64,000 bases of DNA from Candidatus Hydrogenedentota bacterium (GCA_963745075.1 CAVUWV010000033.1:1-64000), one strand, 5' to 3'. Counted from the first letter of the stretch, positions 1-10,598 are shown. A program made the numbers and translations. The notes: generated from the sequence alone by a model not told the origin.

Positions 1-47
1 CGCGACGGCACGGCTACCAGTGACAACCCAATGGCGGAATGAATCAT
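1..47 (-). CDS. Possible 5' end of a gene running off the window (MIHSAIGLSLVAVPS...)
   Basis: ATG at 47 with GAGGA upstream and a hydrophobic start; only 15 codons visible. Confidence 0.3.
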   Translation of the reverse strand, partial: MIHSAIGLSLVAVPS

Positions 48-147
48 GATGAAGAATCCTCGTTGCGGAAAACCACCCGGTTACTCTATTCAAAGACTAT
101 AGCAGGAGAAGGCGGTAAGGACCATCTCGACCTGTGCGAAGCGCTGG

Positions 148-1421
148 TCACTTCTGTGTATTGATTAGTCCGATCGGTCCGATCCTACACGCTGCCTCCA
201 GGTCCCAGAAGCGCGCCGTGAACCCGGCATCGGTCAATTGCTCGCGCAGGGCGTGAATGTGGCTCGTGTCGCGCGTTTCGACGATGCACCGCACCACAAC
301 ACTGTTTACGTCTTCCCCGGCGAAGGCGCGGTCGTGGGCGATGTCTTTGACGGATGCGCCCGCCTCGGCGATCAGTGCTGTGAACCGCGACAAACTCCCG
401 GGCCGGTCGCTGATGGTGGCCTCGAAACGGCACAGGCGGCCGTCGGCCGCCAGACCGCGCTCGATAATACGGCCCAGCAGGCTGGTATCGATGTTACCGC
501 CGGTCAAAGGCAGGACGACCTTCTTCCCCCTGAGTTCCGGCAACACGCCGGACATGAGCGCGGCGAGTCCGACCGCACCCGCGCCTTCCACCACGCTCTT
601 TTCCAGTTCCACGAGGCGCAGAACCGCCCGGGCAATTGACCGCTCGTCCACCGTCACGACCTTGTCCACATATTGGCGTGCGAGTTCGAAGGCATTGTTC
701 CCGGCCCGTCGCACGGCGAGACCGTCCGCCAGCGTCGGGCGCACCTCCACGTCAACGGGATGACCGGCCTCCAGCGCAGCCGAAAAGCACGCAGCATGGT
801 CCCCCTCCACGCCAATGACGGCCACGTCCGGCCGTAGCGTCTTCACCGCGAGGGCCACGCCCGCAATAAGCCCTCCGCCGCCAACCGGCACAAGCACGGC
901 GTCGAGGTCCGGAACTTGTTCGACGATTTCGAGACCGAGCGTGCCTTGTCCCGCGATGATAGGGGGATCGTTATAGCCGTTGATGTACGTCAGGCCTTGT
1001 TCTTCGACCAGTCGATCGGCATATTCGCGCGCTTCATCAAACGCTTCGCCATGAAGAATGACGTTGGCGCCGAGCGCTTCGCAGTTGATCACCTTGGTCA
1101 GTGGCGCGAATTTTGGCATGACGACCGTCACCGGAATCTTCAGCAGCGATGCATGGTATGCCAGCCCCAGCGCGTGGTTCCCGGCCGACGCCGCGATGAC
1201 GCCGCGCTCCCGCCGGTCCGGGTCCAGCACGGTGAGCGCGTTCCGCGCGCCCGCGTTCCTTGAAACTGCCGGTTCGCTGGAGGTACTCGAGTTTGCAGTA
1301 GATGTCGCTGCCCGCCACCATCGACAGCGGAACCGAGGGCGGACAGGGGCTGTTATAAATGAAACGCCGGACCCGTTCCGACGCGTCTAGAATGTCCTGA
1401 TACGTGACGTCAATGAAGCAT
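148..1421 (-). CDS. ilvA: Threonine ammonia-lyase (PLP, single C-terminal ACT domain); frameshifted near 1250-1252, start region also out of frame
   Basis: KLEYLQRTGSFKERG in ORF 1037..1321 continues into ASAGNHA, PVGGGGL and ACT DRPGSL in ORF 148..1230; removing one G restores KERGARNAL. Confidence 0.9.
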
Positions 1422-1496
1422 CTCCCTGGTATTCCTGCGACTACGTTCCGACTCCTGCCCGAATCCTCATTGGAATCCCACGCCCATGCCTATCTC

Positions 1497-1530
1497 CGCG
1501 CGTCCGTGTAAGTCCGTGCCCGTCCGTGCT
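1497..1530. repeat. Short tandem repeat, 3 x GTCCGTG core, ~10 bp period
   Basis: gtccgtgtaa gtccgtgccc gtccgtgctc between divergent genes. Confidence 0.6.
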
Positions 1531-1616
1531 CCCGCCATCCACTGGGATCGGCCCCCATTATTCAGGCATACTGCCCTTTTCCACAAACCCGTGACGAACG
1601 AGCGGAGCCAAAACCC

Positions 1617-3038
1617 ATGAAACGACGCGAATTCATGCAATCTATGGCCGTAGGAGCCGCCGCGCTGGGCATGGGAGCGAATGCCGGAGCGCAACCGCCG
1701 CGCAAACCAAACGTCGTCTACGTATTTGCCGACCAGTGGCGGTCGCAAGCGATGGGCTATGCGGGCGATCCCAACGTGAAGACGCCGCACCTCGACGAAA
1801 TGGCCGGCCAATGTCTCAACCTGCCTAACGCGGTATCCGGTTGGCCGGTGTGTTCACCCTATCGCGGCACGCTGATGACCGGCCAGTACCCCCACGTGAA
1901 CGGCGTGTTCTGCAACGACGTATGCCTGAATCGTGGTTCGGTTTCCATCGCGGAAGCGTTCAACGGCGCGGGATATCAGACCGGATACATCGGCAAATGG
2001 CACCTCGACGGGCACGGCCGTTCCAGCTTTATCCCGCGCGAGCGGCGGCAGGGATTCGAGTATTGGAAGGTGCTGGAATGCACCCACAACTATAACGAGT
2101 CCTACTACTACGGCGACACCGACGAGAAACTGGAGTGGGACGGATACGACGTGTTTGCCCAGACCCGCGACGCCCAGCAGTACATCCGCGACCACGCCGG
2201 GGACCAGCCGTTTGCCCTGTTTCTCTCCTGGGGACCGCCGCACAATCCCTACGAGACTGCGCCGCCGGACTATAAGGATATGTACCGCCCGGAGGATCTC
2301 GTGCTGCGTCCGAACGTGACGGCGGAGATGGAGGTGTCCTCGCGTAAGGACCTCGCCGGATACTATGCCCATTGCACGGCTATCGATCGGTGCGTCGGCG
2401 ATTTGCGCCAGACCTTGCGCGAACAGGGCATTGAGGAGGACACGCTCTTTGTGTTCACTTCCGATCACGGCGACATGTTGGGGTCGCAAGGCGAGATCCG
2501 CAAGCAGCGCCCCTGGGACGAGTCGCTCCGGGTACCGTTTCTGATTCAGTATCCGCGCGTACTGGGTACGAAGGCGCAATCGGATGAACTCATCATCAAC
2601 TCGCCCGACATCATGCCGACAATGCTCGGGTTCTGCGGCATTGACGTGCCCCGAACGGTTCAGGGGACGGACCATAGCCCCGTCTTGCGCGGCGAAAGCT
2701 CGAACCGTCCCGAAGGCGCGCTCATGTCATGCCTGAATCCCTTCGGCGAGTGGACGCGCGCGAAAGGCGGCCGCGAATATCGAGGCGTGCGGACGGAGCG
2801 ATACACCTTCGTGCGGTCCTTGGACGGCCCGTGGCTGTTGTACGACAACGAGACCGACCCGTACCAGATGAAGAATCTGTGCAACGATCCCGATGCCGCC
2901 TCGGTGCAGGCGCATTTGGATGGACTGTTGCATCGCATCCTGGACGACGTGGGCGACGAGTTCCTGCCCGGCGACGAGTATGTCCGGCGCTGGGGCTACG
3001 TGGTCGATGAACACGGGACGGTGCCGTACAAGCCCTGA
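1617..3038 (+). CDS. Tat-exported formylglycine-dependent sulfatase (S1 family)
   Basis: KRREF Tat motif; FADQW, CSPYRGTLMTG (CxPxR), GKWHL, SDHG motifs. Confidence 0.93.
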   Translation: MKRREFMQSMAVGAAALGMGANAGAQPPRKPNVVYVFADQWRSQAMGYAGDPNVKTPHLDEMAGQCLNLPNAVSGWPVCSPYRGTLMTGQYPHVNGVFCNDVCLNRGSVSIAEAFNGAGYQTGYIGKWHLDGHGRSSFIPRERRQGFEYWKVLECTHNYNESYYYGDTDEKLEWDGYDVFAQTRDAQQYIRDHAGDQPFALFLSWGPPHNPYETAPPDYKDMYRPEDLVLRPNVTAEMEVSSRKDLAGYYAHCTAIDRCVGDLRQTLREQGIEEDTLFVFTSDHGDMLGSQGEIRKQRPWDESLRVPFLIQYPRVLGTKAQSDELIINSPDIMPTMLGFCGIDVPRTVQGTDHSPVLRGESSNRPEGALMSCLNPFGEWTRAKGGREYRGVRTERYTFVRSLDGPWLLYDNETDPYQMKNLCNDPDAASVQAHLDGLLHRILDDVGDEFLPGDEYVRRWGYVVDEHGTVPYKP

Positions 3039-3040
3039 GT

Positions 3041-5260
3041 GTGGAGAGAGCAATCGACGTGTGTGATTGGAGATTGGGGTTGCGGAGCGGTCTTCTTGGA
3101 CTGATGTTGACGGTGCTCGCCGCTGGGACGGCATTCGCCGCCGAGGTTTCGGTCGATCCAGTTACGCGGAACGTCCACATCACCTACGCCGTTCCCGCAG
3201 AAGCGCCGGACGTGGTTTCCGTGTATTGCACGTGGTCGCCCGCCGATCGCGAGGAATGGCATCCGGCAAAGGTTACGCCGTTTCTCGCCGAGACCGGGCT
3301 GCGTATGACCGCGTCTCAGGACTGGACCGCCTGGCACACCGAAGGGCGCATTACCGAACGGCGTGCGGCGGGGCTGGGGCGGACCCTCGTCTTCAATCCC
3401 TATCCCGACGCGCAACAGGACGGCCGTGTGGACGTTCGGTTCCGGATCTCGATTCATGGTGAAGGCGAAGCGGTGCTGTCGGAAGAAGCGGTGCCCGTGC
3501 AGTGCGACAACAGCAACGTCGTCTACATCGAGGACTGGTCGAAAGTAACCACCGCCGACGCCATCGCCACGGACGACGCTCCGAACGACGGACTGTGGTC
3601 GTGGCGTACGGGGCAGGACGCCGACGCGGGCGCGACTTTTGGAAACGCCTTGTACGGTAACGCGGGACCGAACCGTGCCTTGCCGCCGCTGTCGTATCCG
3701 CTCGATTTGACCGGTACCTACGCCATTTACATCTGCTCTGCGCCGTCGGTGGGCGCGATTGAATTGCGCCTCACCGGTGACGAGCGGTCCGACGCCTTGG
3801 CTTCGCCCCGGCCGGGAGAAGAGGTTCTCTGGCGCTGGGCGCGGATGGACCGGCAGCACCTCGTGTTGAATCAGCCCAGCAACTACACCGGCTACACCCC
3901 CGCGCATATCGATTACGTCAAACTGGTGCCGCTGGCCGACGACATGGCAACCGAGCTCGATACGCAATACGGTGGGGTGACCGACAAGATCGTCGCGGGT
4001 TATTTTGAACCCTATTCCTGGGCGTTTTCGGGCAACGTGCTTCATACGCTCCAGCATCGAGAGCCATTGACCGCGTTTGCCGAAGCGCGCATTCCCATCG
4101 TCGACATTCAGATCAACCGCTTTGGAATGAAAGCCGTCTACGAAACCCGCCGGTCCGACCAACTCCTGCATTCCACCATCGGCGATCCGATTGGCACGGT
4201 TTCCCAACCCAAGACCGACAACGTGGGCCGGATGCAGCAATATACCAACACCCTCGATGCGGAGTTGCGGTACTGCCGTGAACTAGGTCTGAATCCGCGC
4301 GCCAATTTCGGCGCGAGCAACTGCTACCCCGGCACGCCGTTGCAGGGTGACTTCTCCAAGGAGCATCCGGACTGGATGCGGGGCAGCGCCTTGCGCTTTG
4401 AAGTCCCTGAAGTGCGCGCCTACGCGCTGAGCTTGTACCGGGAAGCCCTCGAAATCGGCGCGAAGGCGGTATCCATCGACTTCTGCCGTTATCCCGAGAC
4501 CATCGACACGGTCGAAACCTGCAATACGTTTTTGAAAGCGTTGCGCGCCCTCGCCAATGAATTCAGCCCGGTGGACGGCAAGCCCGTCACGATACTCGTA
4601 CGTTTTCCCGGTACCGGCGTCCGGCGTGCGGAACTGTTCGACTACGCCACGTGGGCGCGTGAGGGCTGGGTCGATTACTTGTGCCCGAGCAACATCCAGG
4701 GCCGCCACATGAACATCGATATGGCCCCCTACTTCCAGGCCGTCAAGGGCACACGATGCATGTTGCTTCCGGCAACGGACGGGTTGAGCTGGGGCTTGCC
4801 GTTCCCGGGCCCGTTCCTGGCGCGCGTGGCGCAGCTCTACCACCAGGGCGCGTCCGGCGTCTATGTCTATCAGGCCGACGCGCGTGTGTTGGGCCGTCCC
4901 GAGGACCGGCGGACCATGCGGTTGTTGGCGAGCAGCGAAGCCGTGCGGGGGTGGTGGAACCGCGAAAACGCGTTGCGTCCGAAACGCAGCAAAAGCATCT
5001 ACATCACCACGCCGCACCAGATCGAAGGGTACAACAAGTGGGAGCGCATCCGGATTTGGACGGAAGGTGTCCCCATGGGTGCGCTGGAAGTATATCTCGA
5101 CGGCGAATTGGTCAATCGCGTCGACGGTCCTCCGTATCTGGTCGGTACCGAAGGCTACGATTCCGACACCGTCATTCCGTCGGGGGAGCACGAGTTGCGT
5201 ATTCGGGCCCAGGACGGCGACGGGTGGCTGGAACAAACGTTTGCGATAAAGGGAGCGTGA
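3041..5260 (+). CDS. Secreted multidomain protein with a putative glycoside hydrolase-like TIM barrel (DUF187/GHL10-like)
   Basis: 739 aa, signal peptide ending AFA-AE; HPDW, SIDFCRYP and WAREGWVDYLCP segments; tightly packed in operon. Confidence 0.6.
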   Translation: MERAIDVCDWRLGLRSGLLGLMLTVLAAGTAFAAEVSVDPVTRNVHITYAVPAEAPDVVSVYCTWSPADREEWHPAKVTPFLAETGLRMTASQDWTAWHTEGRITERRAAGLGRTLVFNPYPDAQQDGRVDVRFRISIHGEGEAVLSEEAVPVQCDNSNVVYIEDWSKVTTADAIATDDAPNDGLWSWRTGQDADAGATFGNALYGNAGPNRALPPLSYPLDLTGTYAIYICSAPSVGAIELRLTGDERSDALASPRPGEEVLWRWARMDRQHLVLNQPSNYTGYTPAHIDYVKLVPLADDMATELDTQYGGVTDKIVAGYFEPYSWAFSGNVLHTLQHREPLTAFAEARIPIVDIQINRFGMKAVYETRRSDQLLHSTIGDPIGTVSQPKTDNVGRMQQYTNTLDAELRYCRELGLNPRANFGASNCYPGTPLQGDFSKEHPDWMRGSALRFEVPEVRAYALSLYREALEIGAKAVSIDFCRYPETIDTVETCNTFLKALRALANEFSPVDGKPVTILVRFPGTGVRRAELFDYATWAREGWVDYLCPSNIQGRHMNIDMAPYFQAVKGTRCMLLPATDGLSWGLPFPGPFLARVAQLYHQGASGVYVYQADARVLGRPEDRRTMRLLASSEAVRGWWNRENALRPKRSKSIYITTPHQIEGYNKWERIRIWTEGVPMGALEVYLDGELVNRVDGPPYLVGTEGYDSDTVIPSGEHELRIRAQDGDGWLEQTFAIKGA

Positions 5261-6049
5261 ATGAGCTCGATTAACAGCCTGGATCTGTTTCGCCTGGACG
5301 GCAAGCTTGCCCTGGTCACGGGCGGTGCTGGGTTCTACGGCACGCCCATCTCGCGGGCGCTGGCACAGGCGGGTGCGAAGGTCATTATCGCGTCGCGCAC
5401 CCGCGAACAGTGCGAGGAGCGCGCGGCGGAATTCCGCGAGGAGGGGCTGGACTGTGTTGCGGAGCAGTTCGATATGGGCGATCCCGAATCGATCACGTCG
5501 CTGTGCGAGCGCATCACGTCATCTCACGGCACGTTGGATATCCTGGTCAACAACGCGTTGCTGCGTTCTCCCACGCACTACGACGAAGCCACACCGGAAC
5601 AGTGGGCGGCGGCCTTGCAAGCCAACATTACCGGCATTCACCTCTGCACGAGCGTGTTCTCCGCCGGGATGCGCAAACGTGGCAGCGGTTCTATTATCAA
5701 CATCGCGTCCATCTACGGTGTGGTCGCGCCGAAGTTCGAGATCTACGAGGGACTCGACTTCTCGTCGCCGCCTGACTATCCGTTCCACAAAGGCGGGCTC
5801 ATCGCCTACACGCGCTATTGCGCCAGCCTCTTCGGACCGGAAGGTGTGCGTGTCAATTGCCTCAGCCCGGGCGGCTATTACTCCGGGCAGGCGGATGTGT
5901 TTGTCGATCGGTATAATGCGCGGATTCCGCTGGGCCGTATGGCCGATGACGACGACATCGCGGGACCGGTCGTTTTCCTCGCTTCGGAGGCATCGCGGTA
6001 TATCACGGGGGCGAACATTCTGGTCGATGGCGGCCTGACGATTCGCTAA
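5261..6049 (+). CDS. Short-chain dehydrogenase/reductase
   Basis: TGGAGFYG, NNA, YPFHK (YxxxK), VNCLSPG, ITGANILVDGG. Confidence 0.93.
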   Translation: MSSINSLDLFRLDGKLALVTGGAGFYGTPISRALAQAGAKVIIASRTREQCEERAAEFREEGLDCVAEQFDMGDPESITSLCERITSSHGTLDILVNNALLRSPTHYDEATPEQWAAALQANITGIHLCTSVFSAGMRKRGSGSIINIASIYGVVAPKFEIYEGLDFSSPPDYPFHKGGLIAYTRYCASLFGPEGVRVNCLSPGGYYSGQADVFVDRYNARIPLGRMADDDDIAGPVVFLASEASRYITGANILVDGGLTIR

Positions 6050-6074
6050 TCCAATTATCAGAAGGAGTGCAGAC

Positions 6075-6965
6075 GTGGACATCACGGGGATTCTCCCGGC
6101 TATTTTGACGCCGTTCGGGCCGGACGGTTCGGTAAACACGGACGTATTGCGGAGTCTCGCCGCCTATCAAATGGAGAAAGGGTGCGGCGGTTTCTTCGTC
6201 TGCGGTAGCGCCGGCGAAGGCGTTCTCATGAACATGAAAGAACGCAGCCAGGTGGTCGAGGCGGTCGTCAGTGAAGCCTCCGGCCAAGTGCCGATCATCG
6301 TGCACGTGGGTGCGGTGTCCACCGGCGAAGCCGTCGAACTCGCGAAACACGCGCGCCAGTCCGGGGCAAGCGCCGTGTCCAGCATCCCGCCCCTGTACTA
6401 CAAACTGCCGTGGATGGCCATCATCGGACACATCCGCGCGATTGCCGAAGCCGCCGAGCTGCCGACGTACTACTACCACATCCCCTACATCACCAACATC
6501 ATTCCGACCGCAGTCGAATTTGCGGAGATGATCGATGCCATCGAGAATCTCGAAGGCATCAAATTCTCGTCGCCGGACCTTTTTCTGTTGTGGCAGGTCA
6601 TGGAAAATGCCCCGCGCAAACCAAACGTGTTGTTCGGCGTGGACCAGCAGGTGCTGGCCGGACTGACCATGGGCGCCCACGGCGGGATCGGCTCGACGTA
6701 CAACTACATGACGGGTTGGTTTGTCGAGTTGTACAACGCCTATCGCCAGAGCGATTACGTTACCGCCAAGAGCGTCCAGGACATGATCAACCGGGCCATC
6801 CAGATCCAATTCAAGTACGGCGCCAACCGCGCCACGGAAAAGATGATGACGTCGATGCTGGGCTTCGACATCGGTTCGCCGCGTTTGCCCACGCCACCGT
6901 TCCCAGAAGATCAGATAGATGCTTTGCGCAAGGACATGGAGGAAGTCGGTCTTCTCACGGGTTGA
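6075..6965 (+). CDS. nanA: N-acetylneuraminate lyase-like DHDPS-family aldolase
   Basis: GSAGEG, YYHIP, GIKFS Schiff-base Lys, GGIGSTYN; AGGAG RBS; adjacent to nanM/SSS. Confidence 0.75.
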   Translation: MDITGILPAILTPFGPDGSVNTDVLRSLAAYQMEKGCGGFFVCGSAGEGVLMNMKERSQVVEAVVSEASGQVPIIVHVGAVSTGEAVELAKHARQSGASAVSSIPPLYYKLPWMAIIGHIRAIAEAAELPTYYYHIPYITNIIPTAVEFAEMIDAIENLEGIKFSSPDLFLLWQVMENAPRKPNVLFGVDQQVLAGLTMGAHGGIGSTYNYMTGWFVELYNAYRQSDYVTAKSVQDMINRAIQIQFKYGANRATEKMMTSMLGFDIGSPRLPTPPFPEDQIDALRKDMEEVGLLTG

Positions 6966-6992
6966 CCATCGCAAAGGAAGGATCCCGAAAAC

Positions 6993-9537
6993 ATGACGTA
7001 TCGCCGGCCGGCCGTGACGGCATGGGTTTTTGTACTGCTGTTGAGTTGCATCGCCGTCGCGCAGGACACGGCGATCCGAAGCCGGCTCATCTGGTCCGAG
7101 TTGCCGGTTTTGCCGCAGGCCATGTCAGGGCATTTTACCGGCGTCGTCAACGACGCGCTGGTCGTGGCCGGGGGATCGTACTTCGAAGTTTCTCCGTGGC
7201 AGGGCGGCGAGAAGATCTGGCTCGATCGCGTTTTCGTACTCGACCGTCCCGACGGAACGTGGTCTGAGCTTACGCCGTTGCCGCATCCATTGGCCTATGG
7301 TGGTATGGCTTCGGTCGCCAAGGGCATGGTCCTCGCCGGAGGCAGCGACGGGAAGCAAAACTATGCCACCGTCTTCCTGCTGACCCGTTCCGACGACGGA
7401 CTTGCCGTCCAGAACCTGCCCGACCTTCCGCAACCCTGCGCCATGACGGCTGCGGCCGTGCTCGGGGAGACCGTCTACGTCGCAGGAGGACAGACAGCGC
7501 CCGACTCGACCACGGCGATGCACACGTTTTGGTCCTTGGATACGTCCAAGGATGGCGGCGCATGGGAAGAACTGGAACCGTGGCCTGGGCCCGCGCGAAT
7601 CCTTCCTGTCGTCGCCGCGCAAGAGGGATCGGTGTACGTCATCAGCGGCGCCGATCTCTCCGCAGGTCCTGATGGGGCCATGAAGCGTACGTACCTGAAC
7701 GATGGCTACCGCTTCACGCCGGGTCAGGGATGGAAACCGATTTCCCCCGCGCCGAAACCGTTGGTGGCCGCGGAATCCGTCGCGTTCGGTCCATCGTCGG
7801 TCCTGGTTTTCAGCGGCGACGACGGGAGTCTGGTCGACCGTAACGCCGAACTCGGTGACAACCACCCCGGGTTTCCGTCCGACGTCTGGTCGTACAATAC
7901 CGTTACCGATACGTGGGCCAAGGTGTCCGAGATGCCGAAGGCCGTTGTGACCACCGGTGCCGTGACGTGGCAGGATCGCATCGTCATCACCGGGGGCGAA
8001 GATCGTCCCGGTCACCGCGAGACGAAGGTCCAGGCTGCCGTCGCGGATCACACCGAGCGCAAAGGTATGGTCGCGATGGACTATTCGTAATGGGGTTGTA
8101 TTTCGCGTTCCTCGTGATTATCGGTTTCTACTTCTCCAAGCGCGAGAAGAGCAGCGCGGACTACTTCCTCGGCGGCAAACGCGTGCCGTGGTGGGCGGCG
8201 GGGATCAGCATCTTCGGCACCCTGCTCAGTGCGATTACCTTCCTCGCGGTGCCTGCGACCTCCTTCCGCACGGACTGGGTTTATTTCGTCGGTAACGTTT
8301 CGATCATCGTCGTTGCACCGATTATTGTTTATGCCTACCTTCCGTTCTTTCGGCGGCTGGACATCACGACGGCCTACGAATACCTGGAGAAGCGGTTTAA
8401 TTTCGCGGTGCGCCTCTTCGGTAGCGCCGCGTTTTTGTTGTTCCAATTGGGGCGCGTAGGGATCGTGCTGTATTTGCCTGCATTGGCTCTGTCCACGGCG
8501 ACCGGTCTCGATGTGCGGCTCGCCATCGTCGTGATGGGCGTGTTGTGTACGCTCTATACCGTGCTCGGCGGTATTGAAGCGGTTATCTGGACGGACCTCC
8601 TCCAGGTCTTTGTGCTGCTGGGTGGCGCGCTGCTCTCGCTACTCGTAATCGGCGGCGACGTGGACGGAGGATTCTCCGAAGTCATCAGCCGCGGTCTCGC
8701 CGACGACAAATTCCGCATGGCAAACTGGTCGTGGGACTATACGGCCGCCGCGTTCTGGGTGGTGCTCGTGGGGCGGACGCTGGAGAACATGATCCCCTAC
8801 ACGACGGATCAGACCGTCGTGCAGCGTTACCTGACGACGGCTACGGAAAAGGACGCCGCGCGTTCGATCTGGCTGGGCACGCTCATGTCCGTGCCGAGTG
8901 CGGTACTCTTCTTCGGCGTCGGCACCGCGTTGTATGCCTTTTACAAGGGGCATCCTCAAATGTTGGATCCGTCCCTCGCGACGGACGCCATCTTTCCGCT
9001 CTTTATCATCGAGCAATTGCCCGCAGGCGTCAGCGGGCTGGTAATCGCGGCCGTCTTCGCCGCGGCCATGTCGTCGTTGGACAGCAGTCTCAACAGTGTC
9101 TCCGCAGTTGTCGTGACCGACTTCTACCGACCTTTCGCCCGCAATCCAAATGAAACACCGCGCTCCTTCTTGCGCGATGGATGACCGTTATCATTGGCGT
9201 ACTGGGCACCGGCACCGCGCTCCTCATGACGTACATGCAGAACATCGACTCGTTGTGGGAACAGTACATGAAATTGATCGGGTTGTTCGGCGGCGGTTTG
9301 GCGGGGTTGTTCGCCCTCGGTATCTTCACGCGGCGTGCCACCGGACCCGGCGCCCTCATCGGTGCCGCCGTGGGTGCGGTGGTGCTGTTCTTCGTGCAGT
9401 CGCAGAGCAACATCAGTTTCTTGCTCTACTCGACGGTCGGGATCGTGACCAGTTTTGTCATCGGTTACCTTGCGAGTTTCGTCTTCGGCAGGAATCCCGA
9501 TCTCGCGGGACTCACCTGGAGCACGCGCTCGAAGTAG
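6993..9537 (+). CDS. Probable fusion of a NanM-like Kelch mutarotase and a SiaT-like sodium:solute symporter; split at ~8088 and ~9154
   Basis: Kelch repeats (VAGG, LAGG, WPGPAR, TGGEDRPG) in 6993..8090; SSS motifs (DYFLGG, SAITF, TAYEYLEKRF, DQTVVQRY, AAMSSLDS) in 7913..9184 and C-terminal TMs in 9181..9537. Confidence 0.8.
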
Positions 9538-9658
9538 TGCGGAGAGAGAGCATCCCCTTTGATTTCCTTCGAAGGGTTCATTTCCCAGTTCCGGGGAACA
9601 TTTTTTGATCGGACTTGACGGCATCTCGCTTGCAATGGGTAGTTGTGATCGGGGTAAG

Positions 9659-9779
9659 GGGGCACGGGCGTCTCGCCCGTGGAGGGGGGGGAAGTCGCAC
9701 GGCGGCCGGAGATGGGCTGTGTACTGGAATCACGCTTGGGGAGCGGTGAAAAGCAACGGGCGAGACGCCCGTTCTCCCT
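9659..9779. repeat. Inverted REP-like doublet
   Basis: GGGGCACGGGCGTCTCGCCCGTG (~9659-9681) and inverted AACGGGCGAGACGCCCGTTCTCCC (~9755-9778); each arm is itself a hairpin. Confidence 0.7.
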
Positions 9780-9847
9780 TGAGCGCTACTTTGGATCTCA
9801 CAGGTTATCCGTTGTTGTCTAAGGTCGGGCGGGGGGAGGGGGATGAT

Positions 9848-9875
9848 GAATTGCGAATTGCGAATTATGAATTTT
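9848..9875. repeat. Heptamer tandem repeat 4 x GAATTNN
   Basis: gaattgc gaattgc gaattat gaatttt; similar 3-unit run at 22394-22414. Confidence 0.65.
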
Positions 9876-10169
9876 GGGGGATACTGGAGACTCGGATGAG
9901 CATGTCCTTACGCAGCGACGCAACGACGTTGTGTTAGACTAATGGGTAAGCCCAGGACGCTCGAAACGATAGAAACCGGTGAACCTCCGGGGACGCGACT
10001 CACATATGGAACCGGCGCCGCACGGCACGAACCCCGTGGACGAACTGCACCACAGGGCTTACGCTGATGCGGGCAGCTGCGTCTTATACTGCAACTTCGC
10101 GGCTAGAGGATCTTATGTTGAATTCATCCAATTATTGTTAGACCCTGGAAGTGCAGAGAGGAGAGCACG

Positions 10170-10514
10170 ATGACCAACGAACAGGCGGCACCTGAGACGA
10201 AGGGTGTTACCGTGCAGTTACTTGCATCGGTTGACCTTGGCCCTGAGATCGAGGGCATGGCAGGGCGCCAACTTCGAATGCGCATGGTGACCATCGAGCC
10301 AGGAGGCGTCTTCGGCCCGATTCACGACCATAAAGACAGACCAGGCACCGTCTACATCCTGCAAGGAACGATCACGGATCATCGAAATGGAGTCGCTACG
10401 GACTATGGGCCGGGAGTGGGCTGGCCCGAGGACAGGAACACCACACACTGGCTGGAGAACCGGGGAGCGATTCCAGCGGTAGAGATCTCGGTCGACATCG
10501 TCAGGCAAGAGTAG
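10170..10514 (+). CDS. Cupin domain protein (cassette 1)
   Basis: IHDHKDRPGTVYILQG and HWLEN cupin motifs; GAGGAG RBS; followed by attC. Confidence 0.85.
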   Translation: MTNEQAAPETKGVTVQLLASVDLGPEIEGMAGRQLRMRMVTIEPGGVFGPIHDHKDRPGTVYILQGTITDHRNGVATDYGPGVGWPEDRNTTHWLENRGAIPAVEISVDIVRQE

Positions 10515-10520
10515 GCTCAG

Positions 10521-10598
10521 GCCGAACGCGTGGCTCAACCGGACGCGCTTCAGTCGGCTTCGGCACCTTTCGCGCGCCGGTCAGCCACAATGTTAACC
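10521..10598 (+). mobile_element. attC recombination site 1
   Basis: R'' GCCGAAC, 5 bp spacer, L'' GCT(C)AACC, GG(A)CGCGC pairing with GCGCGCC, L' GGTCAGC, 6 bp spacer, R' GTTAACC; both extrahelical bases present. Confidence 0.8.

Noticed and set aside
9908..9939. Resemblance to class 1 attI1 (TTACGCAGC, GCAACGACGTT, GTTAGAC)
   Set aside because: Short matches in a different order from attI1; may be chance
9540..10130. Integron integrase gene or fragment upstream of the cassettes
   Set aside because: No ORF with tyrosine recombinase motifs seen on either strand; ORFs 9605..9937 and 9979..10173 look spurious
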